In this document: in pieces, positions 18,081 to 25,900 of the stretch
Layout of the letters: each line of letters begins with the position of its first letter
Numbering within the stretch: the stretch's first letter is position 1
From: an uncultured Elusimicrobiaceae bacterium
Lineage (GTDB): Bacteria > Elusimicrobiota > Elusimicrobia > Elusimicrobiales > UBA9959
Length of the DNA stretch: 50,062 nt
NCBI GenBank assembly: GCA_964534135.1
Contig: CAZHQC010000002.1
Span: 1-50,062 of the forward strand
Reading direction: 5' to 3'
Translations under genes and position numbers: made by a program
Notes under the pieces: model-generated
The model's database searches: none
Told to the model about the DNA's origin: nothing
What the model saw: the letters and a program-made list of their open reading frames with translations, nothing else

Positions 18081-19925
18081 GTGATGGATAAACAGATTAA
18101 AATAAAAATATTGGGTATATCCGCGTTTTATCATGATGCGGCGGCTGTCATCATGGAAGATGGCAGAATAATAGCCGCAGCTCAGGAAGAAAGATTTTCG
18201 AGAAAGAAAAATGACTTGAATTTCCCCATAGAAGCCATAAAGTTCTGTCTTGAATATGGCGGTTATTCTTTGGATGATTTTGACGCAATTATTTTTTATG
18301 ATAAGCCTTTTACCAAATTTGAAAGGCTTTTGGAGACCTTTTATGTATTTGCGCCAAAAGGCTTTCTTTTCTTTTTGAAGATTATTCCTATTTGGATAAA
18401 ACAAAAATTTTTTCTCAAAAAACTTATTAAAAAAGAATTGGCCAAAGTCGGCCCAATTAATGAAAAAAAGATTAATTTACTATTTTCAAAACATCATCTT
18501 TCTCATGGCGCAAGCGCTTTTTTCCCTTCGCCGTTTGATGAAGCCGCTATTCTTACCATAGACGGAGTGGGAGAGTGGGCCACGGCTTCTATTTCTTATG
18601 GAGAAAAAAATAAGATAAAACAAATTAAAGAAATGAGATTTCCTCATTCAGTGGGGCTTTTTTATTCGGCTTTTACATATTATCTTGGTTTCAAAGTTAA
18701 TAGTGGAGAATATAAACTTATGGGGCTTGCGCCTTATGGCGAAGCTTCTTCTGAAAGAGTTATAAGATACAAAAAAATCATATACGATAATATGATATCC
18801 GTAAAAGAAGATGGTTCTATTTTTTTAAATCATGATTATTTCGCTTATACAACCGAACTTAAAATGTGTAGAGACAAAAAATGGCTTGAGCTTTTTGGGT
18901 TTTCAAAAAGAAAACCTGAAAGTGAAATTCTTCAATGTTATTGTGATTTGGCTCTGGCGGTTCAGGAAATTACGGAAGATATAGTTTTTAAGATGGCTCG
19001 GACTGCAAAGAAAATAACAGGTTCCAAGAAGCTTTGTTTGGCCGGAGGAGTGGCTTTAAACTGTGTTATCAATGGAAAACTTTTAAAATCGGGAATATTT
19101 GAGGAGATATGGATTCAGCCGGCGGCGGGAGATGCGGGTGGCGCGCTTGGAGCTGCTTTTTTGGCGTATCATATGTATTTTGATAAAGAAAGGGTGATCT
19201 CAAAAGGAGATAAAATGCGGGGAGCTTATCTTGGTCCTGTTTTCAATGATTCAAATATAAAAACAATAAGTAAAAAATACAAAGCAAAACACCAGTTTTT
19301 TGAGAAGTTTGAAGACTTGGCTGAAAAAGCCGCTGGCTTGCTTTCAGAAGGTAATATTATAGGTTGGTTTCAAGGTAGGATGGAATTTGGGCCGAGGGCT
19401 TTGGGTAATCGTTCAATTCTTGCCGATGCTCGCCATAAGGGTATGCAGAAACGGCTTAATTTAAAAATAAAATTCAGAGAGAGTTTTAGACCTTTTGCTC
19501 CTTCTGTTTTAAATGAAGATGCTAAAGATTTTTTTAATATTCAAAAATCTTCGCCATATATGCTTATGACGGCGGTTATTCCGGAAAACAAAAGAAAAGA
19601 AGTGCCGGTTGGCTACAATGGCTTTGAAATGAAGGAGAAACTGGCTTGCGCACGTTCGGATTTTCCGGCTATTACGCATATTGATTTTTCCGCCAGATTT
19701 CAAACCGTTTCCAAGGAAACCAATATTAAATATTGGACTCTTATTAATAAATTTAAACAAAAAACAAATTGTCCGATGCTTATAAATACCAGTTTTAATG
19801 TTAGAAATGAACCCATAGTGTGCAATCCCGAGGACGCTTATAAATGTTTTTTAAAAACAGGAATGGATTATCTTGTAATGGGAAACTTTCTTTTTAAGAA
19901 GAGGAGTGAAAGTGGAAATAATTAA
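18081..19925 (+). CDS. carbamoyltransferase (NodU/CmcH/SxtI family)
   Basis: ILGISAFYHDAAAVIMEDGRIIAAAQEERFSRKKND N-terminus and C-terminal ...RPFAPS...TSFN... blocks are typical of the family. Confidence 0.85.
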   Translation: MMDKQIKIKILGISAFYHDAAAVIMEDGRIIAAAQEERFSRKKNDLNFPIEAIKFCLEYGGYSLDDFDAIIFYDKPFTKFERLLETFYVFAPKGFLFFLKIIPIWIKQKFFLKKLIKKELAKVGPINEKKINLLFSKHHLSHGASAFFPSPFDEAAILTIDGVGEWATASISYGEKNKIKQIKEMRFPHSVGLFYSAFTYYLGFKVNSGEYKLMGLAPYGEASSERVIRYKKIIYDNMISVKEDGSIFLNHDYFAYTTELKMCRDKKWLELFGFSKRKPESEILQCYCDLALAVQEITEDIVFKMARTAKKITGSKKLCLAGGVALNCVINGKLLKSGIFEEIWIQPAAGDAGGALGAAFLAYHMYFDKERVISKGDKMRGAYLGPVFNDSNIKTISKKYKAKHQFFEKFEDLAEKAAGLLSEGNIIGWFQGRMEFGPRALGNRSILADARHKGMQKRLNLKIKFRESFRPFAPSVLNEDAKDFFNIQKSSPYMLMTAVIPENKRKEVPVGYNGFEMKEKLACARSDFPAITHIDFSARFQTVSKETNIKYWTLINKFKQKTNCPMLINTSFNVRNEPIVCNPEDAYKCFLKTGMDYLVMGNFLFKKRSESGNN

Positions 19926-20061
19926 AGACTTATTTAAGTTTTTTAAGGAAAGAAAAAAATGGTGGCTTTTACCTGTGATATTATTGTTATTAGCTATAGG
20001 CTCGTTTATAATTCTTTCAAGCGGTTCCGCCGTAGCGCCGTTTGTATATACATTTTTTTAA
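19912..20061 (+). CDS. 49-aa small membrane protein (DUF5989/SxtK-like), absent from the ORF track
   Basis: GTG start after a GAGGAG SD, overlapping the carbamoyltransferase stop. My translation is VEIIKDLFKFFKERKKWWLLPVILLLLAIGSFIILSSGSAVAPFVYTFF*. The basic KERKKWWLLP-TM-APF(I/V)YT(L/F)F pattern matches the small proteins I recall next to these carbamoyltransferases. Confidence 0.6.
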   Translation: MEIIKDLFKFFKERKKWWLLPVILLLLAIGSFIILSSGSAVAPFVYTFF

Positions 20062-20069
20062 GAGTATTT

Positions 20070-20435
20070 ATGAATAAAATTAAAAAATTTCAAGCACTAT
20101 TTATTTTGACCATTGTTGCACTGATGGCTTATGGCATCTTTACTAAATTGTGGCTTATTTATCTGGCAGGTTTTTTTGTTATTTTGCCTTTTATAAGTTC
20201 TAAAATGGCGGAAAAGCTGCAGAGATATTGGTTGAAATTTGGCGCTATATTAGGCCGAGTAAACACTGCCATATTGCTAATTTTGGTATTTTACGCGGTG
20301 CTAACTCCTTTGGCATTTTTTTACAGGCTTTTTAATAAAAAAGCTGTTGAGCATTTTAAGAAAAATAATAAGGTGAGTTTATTTGAAGATGTTGATGGAG
20401 AATTTTCGAAGGAAGATTTTAAAAAGCTTTGGTAA
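20070..20435 (+). CDS. SxtJ-like small membrane protein
   Basis: ATG at 20070 (MNKIKKFQALFILTIVALMAYG...). It has three predicted TM segments and follows the carbamoyltransferase/small-protein pair. The longer ORF-track start at 19959 would overlap the 49-aa gene. Confidence 0.55.
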   Translation: MNKIKKFQALFILTIVALMAYGIFTKLWLIYLAGFFVILPFISSKMAEKLQRYWLKFGAILGRVNTAILLILVFYAVLTPLAFFYRLFNKKAVEHFKKNNKVSLFEDVDGEFSKEDFKKLW

Positions 20436-20464
20436 GATTAAAAAGTAAGAGGCAAGAAATAAGA

Positions 20465-20722
20465 AGTCACCCTTAGGAATCTGGTCGTTCACATAGTTCG
20501 CGACATCTGATGAACCAGAAGGTTCGTGTGCCAAAGCATAGCTTCCCTGTTCCGAAAGATTCCAAGGCTATGCCGGGTTGGCTATGTCACCGCCGCCTGC
20601 CCTCGCATTTTAGATTCCTTTGGAATCTGCAGAGGGTATCAAAAGCTATGCTATCAGACGTCCAAGGATGTTAGTCCCGTGAACAAAGTTACACAGGGAG
20701 AAGTCAGAAACTGCAGGGAAAG
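20465..20722 (+). other. GC-rich structured non-coding island (candidate cis-regulatory RNA, ncRNA or dispersed repeat)
   Basis: It is markedly more GC-rich than its flanks. Nested hairpins: tctggt/accaga (20480-85/20514-19), gcatagc/gctatgc (20536-42/20567-73), and ccctc..agattcc ttt ggaatct..gaggg (20600-20636). Duplicated ggaatctg and agattcc words allow alternative pairings. The only ORF (20526..20756) is Cys/Arg-rich and not protein-like. Confidence 0.3.
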
Positions 20723-20728
20723 AAAAAA

Positions 20729-22906
20729 ATGGGAAGAAAATATTTTAATAATTTAATGCCGGCTATAATGATAATTGTTTTTGTAATTATCGGGTTTTCC
20801 TCAATAATTTTTGCTATCAATGACAAAAAGATGGATGATTATTTTTGCAAGGATATTAAAAAGCCTTTTTTTAAAGTGGAGAATAAAACCGAGGAAGGCG
20901 CGATGATAGTCCCGGGCAGAAGCCAGGGGAGAGATTTTAAATTCCTTATGCCCAAACCGGCGGGCAAAAAAAGGATATTTATTGTGGGAGAATCGGTTGC
21001 CGGACTGATGTATTGGCCGGACAATGACTTTGTTAGTGAATTTGTGGAAAAACCTGAGGTGATAAATTGCGGGATGGGGGCTTATGATAGCGGAAGGATT
21101 CTTGATGTTTTTATGGAGGTGATGGATTATCAACCGGATCTTATAGTGGTATTAAGTGGAAACAATGAAATGGCCATGGATTCATGCCGCGGCATCAGCG
21201 CGGAAATGCGGCGCAGATTAAGGAGGATTAAGATAAATGTTAGACGGATATTTGCCGGCCGCGAAGCGAAAGAGGCCGAACATGCCGTAAACATTAAAAT
21301 TCATGAACAGCGGCTTTGCAAAATGGCTGAAACGGCAAAGAAAAAAAACATTCCTTTAATTTTGTGCACTTTGCCGGCCAATATGAGTGATTTTTCTCCT
21401 TCGGGATATTTGCCCTTGAAAATTAAAAATTTTGTAAAAGCATTTTTTTTAATGGAGGCCGGAAATATTAAAAAGGCTGAAAAAATATTTAGAAACATTT
21501 TAAATCAAAATCCGCGAGAGGCCTTTGTTCATTTTTATCTTGCTCAAATATTAGAAAAATCAAATAAATTTATAGAAGCCAAAAAGCATTATGAATTGGC
21601 CATAGAATGGGATACTAAGGGCGATCGTATTTCCCAAGAACGAAATAAAATGATTAGAGAGGTGGCAAAAAAAGAGGGGGTTTGCCTGGCCGATTTGGAA
21701 AAATCTTTTATGAAAGTTTCAAAAAATGGAATTATCAACGGGGAGTATCTAGTGGATGGAGTTCATTGGTTCAGCAAATACAATTATTTTGTTGTTTCTC
21801 AAACGCTTAAATATATTGGAAAATGCGATAAGGTGGGCGCTCTGTTTAAAAAAGATAAAATTTCAAAACTAAAAAAAATAAAAGCGAATAATTTTAAAAT
21901 AATTAAAGATGACAGTAAGAAAGAGGCTCTTGAAATATTTCATTATGGCATTGCTTTTATCAGCGGCGATATGCGGCCGGGAGAAATAAACGAACGGTCA
22001 TTGGCGATGCTCAATAGAGTTTATGAGAAGAATAAAGGTTTTATTGAAGAGGTTTCTAATTCAAAAAGCGCGTTAACAAAACATATCAGGAAAAATTTTT
22101 GGACAAAAAATATAAAGGAACCAATATCGGTGAATTTATGGTATCCTGATTTTCTGCATCATGTGGCGGAATTATTCAGAAGAAAGGGTAAGCTTGATAA
22201 AGCGAAAGATATTATCGAAAGAGTCTTGGCACTTGCCCCGGAACATCAGAGGGTTTTGCTTACAAAGCGATTGATTATCAAGGGGATGAAAAAAGGTGTT
22301 TCAGTGGAGGATTTAACTGAGGAAGTTTTAAATTATAATCGTAAGATTTTGCAAGAAGAAAATTATAAATTACATTTTGAAAAACGCATATTCAAAAGTG
22401 AAAAGAAAAAATTAAAAGATAAGAGAAAAAGAGAAGAAAAATATGTAAAGCTGGCAGATGTGCCGTATATAAAGGAGTCAAAGCGCATTGCAGATAGAGC
22501 GGTAAAAAAATATATGGCGGGGAATATTAAAGGCGCAAAGTTAGATTTCAAAAAAGCCATTGAAATAAATCCCGGAAACATAGAAGCTCAGATTAGCATG
22601 TGTTCAATAAATTTATCGCAAAAAGATTTTGATATGGCGCTTGAATATTGCGCTATTGCCATAAATATAGCGGAATTTCCTTCCAAGCATAATATAATTC
22701 TCCCTGAGATGTTATCAGATGTATTAGTAATGCGAGCTGAAATATACAGCAATATGAAAGAGTATGAAAAGGCAATGCTTGATTTAAAAAAATCATTAAA
22801 AAAGGCGCCTGTGGGTTGGAATGATTTTAAAAAAGTCAAGGCTATGGTAGTGTCGTATCAGAGGCTATGCCTACCAGACGACCAAGAAAAAAATAAGAAA
22901 TATTGA
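20729..22906 (+). CDS. membrane-anchored SGNH/GDSL-type hydrolase fused to TPR repeats
   Basis: N-terminal TM helix. SGNH blocks are RIFIVGESVAG (block I), VVLSGNNE (block III) and VDGVHWF (block V, DxxH). The C-terminal half is TPR-like, and its last ~170 aa are paralogous to the C-terminus of 25897..28404. Confidence 0.65.
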   Translation: MGRKYFNNLMPAIMIIVFVIIGFSSIIFAINDKKMDDYFCKDIKKPFFKVENKTEEGAMIVPGRSQGRDFKFLMPKPAGKKRIFIVGESVAGLMYWPDNDFVSEFVEKPEVINCGMGAYDSGRILDVFMEVMDYQPDLIVVLSGNNEMAMDSCRGISAEMRRRLRRIKINVRRIFAGREAKEAEHAVNIKIHEQRLCKMAETAKKKNIPLILCTLPANMSDFSPSGYLPLKIKNFVKAFFLMEAGNIKKAEKIFRNILNQNPREAFVHFYLAQILEKSNKFIEAKKHYELAIEWDTKGDRISQERNKMIREVAKKEGVCLADLEKSFMKVSKNGIINGEYLVDGVHWFSKYNYFVVSQTLKYIGKCDKVGALFKKDKISKLKKIKANNFKIIKDDSKKEALEIFHYGIAFISGDMRPGEINERSLAMLNRVYEKNKGFIEEVSNSKSALTKHIRKNFWTKNIKEPISVNLWYPDFLHHVAELFRRKGKLDKAKDIIERVLALAPEHQRVLLTKRLIIKGMKKGVSVEDLTEEVLNYNRKILQEENYKLHFEKRIFKSEKKKLKDKRKREEKYVKLADVPYIKESKRIADRAVKKYMAGNIKGAKLDFKKAIEINPGNIEAQISMCSINLSQKDFDMALEYCAIAINIAEFPSKHNIILPEMLSDVLVMRAEIYSNMKEYEKAMLDLKKSLKKAPVGWNDFKKVKAMVVSYQRLCLPDDQEKNKKY

Positions 22907-22939
22907 GAAACTAAATGAAAATTCAAAAAGACATATGAT

Positions 22940-22975
22940 AAGGTAAATTAAAGTATAATTTACCTTCATTATTGT
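22940..22975 (+). terminator. candidate intrinsic terminator
   Basis: 10-bp inverted repeat aaggtaaatt / aatttacctt (22940-49 / 22957-66) followed by a T-rich cattattgt. Confidence 0.35.
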
Positions 22976-23040
22976 GTGGAAGTTTGTTTAATTTAAAGCT
23001 TGTTGAAATAAAATAATATTGCTCGCAAAGGGGCGGTCAA

Positions 23041-24342
23041 ATGAAAAAAACATTTATATTGGATACCAATGTGTTAATACATGATCCATATTCCTTTTCG
23101 AAGTTTGAAGATAATACGGTAATCGTTCCGATATCCGTAATTGAAGAATTGGATAATTTTAAGACGGTTTCTGATGAAAGAGGAAAAAGCGCCAGAGTTG
23201 TGTCAAGAAATCTTGATAAATTAAGAGAAAAAGGAAAACTCAATAAAGGTGTTAAAATGGACTCCGGCGGTATTTTAAAAGTCGAATTGGATCATGTGTC
23301 CGTCCTTCCAAAAGAATTTAAATTGCAAGAAATGGATAATAGAATACTTAATACGGCCTATTGGTTTGAGAAGAAAAAACAAAATGTTGTTATGGTGACC
23401 AAGGATATTAACTTTAGGATAAAGGCGGAAGCCATAGGTTTGGAATCTCAGGATTATAAGTTTGGAAAAGTTAAAATGGATGATATTTATTCCGGCATAA
23501 CCGAACTTGATGTTCCGGCCAAATCAATAGATAAATTTTATAAAGAGAAAGAAATTTCCATTAAAGATGAGAAACTTAATCCCAATGAATTTATTTTATT
23601 TAGGGCTAAAGAAGATGCCAAAAAAACCGCGCTTGGCCGATGCGGCATTCAGGATTCTTCAAAAGTAAAAATGCTTCGTCCCGAATCTTCTCCATGGGGC
23701 ATAAGGGCTTTAAATAAAGAGCAAAAATGCGCTATGGAACTTTTGCTTGATGAATCCATAAAGCTCGTGACTTTAATAGGCACGGCCGGAACGGGTAAAA
23801 CATTGGTTTCTCTCGCTTGCGGCTTGCAAAAGGCCGTAGACGATAATGTTTATAAAAGGTTGATTGTTTGCCGATCAATAGTTCCGGTCGGCAAAGATAT
23901 AGGTTTTCTTCCGGGAAGTAAAGATGAAAAGTTGTCTCCTTGGATGGGCGCTATTTATGATAATTTGGAATTCATAATGGACCGTCGTCATCAAGATGAT
24001 TCGTTTCAGCAATTTGAGTATTTACAACAAAGCGGTAAGATAGAAGTAGCTTCCGTAACTCATATCAGAGGCCGTTCACTTCCCAAACAGTATATGATAG
24101 TTGATGACGCTCAAAATCTTACGCCTCATGAAATAAAAACCATATTAAGCCGCGCCGGCGAGGGAACAAAGGTTGTTGTTACGGGAGATCCTTATCAAAT
24201 AGATAATCCCTATCTTGATATGGAATCCAATGGTTTGATGTATATCGTCAATAGGTTTAAAGGCCAGAAACTTTATGGTCATTTAACCTTTACTAAAACC
24301 GAGAGAAGCGAACTTGCGGCTTTAGTCTCGGAGCTTCTATAA
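23041..24342 (+). CDS. PIN-domain PhoH-like ATPase (PhoH2/YlaK type)
   Basis: N-terminal PIN (FILDTNVLIHDP). Walker A GTAGTGKT. Walker B MIVDDAQN. Followed by GDPYQID. Confidence 0.9.
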   Translation: MKKTFILDTNVLIHDPYSFSKFEDNTVIVPISVIEELDNFKTVSDERGKSARVVSRNLDKLREKGKLNKGVKMDSGGILKVELDHVSVLPKEFKLQEMDNRILNTAYWFEKKKQNVVMVTKDINFRIKAEAIGLESQDYKFGKVKMDDIYSGITELDVPAKSIDKFYKEKEISIKDEKLNPNEFILFRAKEDAKKTALGRCGIQDSSKVKMLRPESSPWGIRALNKEQKCAMELLLDESIKLVTLIGTAGTGKTLVSLACGLQKAVDDNVYKRLIVCRSIVPVGKDIGFLPGSKDEKLSPWMGAIYDNLEFIMDRRHQDDSFQQFEYLQQSGKIEVASVTHIRGRSLPKQYMIVDDAQNLTPHEIKTILSRAGEGTKVVVTGDPYQIDNPYLDMESNGLMYIVNRFKGQKLYGHLTFTKTERSELAALVSELL

Positions 24343-24350
24343 GACAATAT

Positions 24351-25127
24351 ATGAGGAAACTTAATTTTGTTATTTGTATGGCGGGACTTGGAAGCAGATT
24401 CGTTTCGGCCGGTTATTTAAAACCGAAGTTTATGCTTTGCTTTGGGGAGAGAACTTTATTTGATTATTCTCTTTTGAGTCTGCCACTTGAAATGGCCTCC
24501 AAAGTGATATTCATCGCTTTGCGTGAGCATGAAGATAAGTTTCAAGTTACATCTTTTATTAGAGAAAAATTCAAGGCGCTTTCATCGAAAATGAAGAAGG
24601 AAGTAGAATGTGAAATTGTATTATTGGATAAACCTACCGATGGACAAGCTCAAACGGCGCTTTTGGCTCGAGAATTCATTGATTTATCTGATGAGATTGC
24701 GATATATAATATAGACACCTTTTTTAAGTCCAAAACCTTAAAATATCTTCTAACAAACTCTCAAAGCAAATTAGACGGGATAATAGGTTCTTTTCCTCTC
24801 AAAGGAAATGACAATAAATGGAGTTTTGCTGAAATAAATAACTGCGGTATTGTTAAGAGAACTGCTGAAAAAGTGCAAATATCAAGCAATGCCCTAACGG
24901 GGTTTTACCATTTTACGCGCGCCGCTGACTTTTTTAAAGTAGCTCAAGAAGCGGTGGCAAACGGTGATAAAAATCGCGGTGAATTTTATATCGCTCCTCT
25001 TTATAATAAACTTATAGAAGAGGGTAAAAAATTTACTTTGGATATGGTTGATATTATTATTCCAATGGGCACCCCCGAAGAAGTGCGCGCGATAAAGCCG
25101 GAAATAATCAAAGAGGCGATTGGATGA
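24351..25127 (+). CDS. sugar-phosphate nucleotidyltransferase-like protein (GT-A fold)
   Basis: N-terminal ICMAGLGSRF....KPK signature (G-x-G-(S/T)-R-(F/L)), as in NTP-transferase enzymes. The substrate cannot be told from sequence. Confidence 0.55.
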   Translation: MRKLNFVICMAGLGSRFVSAGYLKPKFMLCFGERTLFDYSLLSLPLEMASKVIFIALREHEDKFQVTSFIREKFKALSSKMKKEVECEIVLLDKPTDGQAQTALLAREFIDLSDEIAIYNIDTFFKSKTLKYLLTNSQSKLDGIIGSFPLKGNDNKWSFAEINNCGIVKRTAEKVQISSNALTGFYHFTRAADFFKVAQEAVANGDKNRGEFYIAPLYNKLIEEGKKFTLDMVDIIIPMGTPEEVRAIKPEIIKEAIG

Positions 25128-25900
25128 GTGAAAATTCATCCCACCACCCGCTTTCAGATTGTGAGATTCGCCTTTTGGCGAATAAGCGGGTGGTGGGGCC
25201 TATAAAATTTTCCATTATTATTCCTTGTTATAATGAAGCTGAAAATATGGAGTTTTTGTTAAAATCGTTTTCTTTTTTGGAAAAGCGCGGCAATGTAGAG
25301 CTAATAATAGTCAATAACGGTTCCATCGACAAAACAAGTCTGAAACTTTTGGAAATTATGCCGAATTACGCCTTTGCCCGCTCGATTAAGGTTGATAAAA
25401 ACAAAGGTTACGGCTATGGCATATTGCGCGGGCTTAAAGAGGCTAAAGGCAATTATATCGGTTGGACACATGGTGATTTGCAATTTGACGCCAAGGATTT
25501 TTTAAAAGCGATTGCTATTATAAATTCCGCGAAAACTGATGAGAAGATTTTTGTAAAAGGCTTAAGAAATAACAGACCTTTTTTGGATAGTCTTTTTACT
25601 ATGGGTATGTCGGTTTTTGAAACTATATATATGAAAGCCGGTTTATGGGATATAAATGGTCAGCCCACTATGTTTCATAGGTCGCTTCTGGCCTATTGGA
25701 AATATCCGCCTTATGATTTTTCTTTGGATTTATATGCTTATATTATTGCCCAAAAGCAAAATTTCGGGATTAGGCGTTTTGATGTTTTTTTAAAGGAGAG
25801 AATGCGCGGTTCATCCAGTTGGAATAATAATTTTTTTGACAGATTTAAATTAATAGGCAATATTTTCCGTTCAAGCTTTAGGATGAAAAAATCATTATGA
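25124..25900 (+). CDS. family 2 glycosyltransferase (polyprenol-phosphate sugar synthase-like)
   Basis: FSIIIPCYNEAENM, VNNGSIDKT and GYGYGILRGL...WTHGDLQFD resemble DPM1/GtrB-type GT2 enzymes. It overlaps its neighbours by 4 nt on each side. Confidence 0.8.
   Translation: MSENSSHHPLSDCEIRLLANKRVVGPIKFSIIIPCYNEAENMEFLLKSFSFLEKRGNVELIIVNNGSIDKTSLKLLEIMPNYAFARSIKVDKNKGYGYGILRGLKEAKGNYIGWTHGDLQFDAKDFLKAIAIINSAKTDEKIFVKGLRNNRPFLDSLFTMGMSVFETIYMKAGLWDINGQPTMFHRSLLAYWKYPPYDFSLDLYAYIIAQKQNFGIRRFDVFLKERMRGSSSWNNNFFDRFKLIGNIFRSSFRMKKSL

Noticed and set aside
19959-20069. Long N-terminal form of the SxtJ-like ORF starting at 19959
   Set aside because: The extension (MVAFTCDIIVISYRLVYNSFKRFRRSAVCIYIFLRVF) is an out-of-frame reading of the 49-aa GTG-initiated gene. 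The ATG at 20070 gives a sensible N-terminus.
20465-20722. Known housekeeping ncRNA (RNase P RNA, tmRNA, SRP/4.5S, 6S) or a tRNA in the GC-rich island
   Set aside because: I could not find the diagnostic motifs: no GAGGAAAGUCC-type P4, no tmRNA tag ORF or 3' CCA acceptor end, no SRP GGAA/GNAR domain IV loop, and no T-loop GGTTCGAAT. I leave it as an unclassified structured element.
20526-20756. 76-aa ORF (MCQSIASLFRKIPRLCRVGYVTAACPR...) as a protein-coding gene
   Set aside because: The composition is Cys/Arg-rich and unlike the rest of the proteome. There is no RBS, it overlaps the next gene's start, and it lies in a hairpin-dense GC island. I treat it as non-coding.
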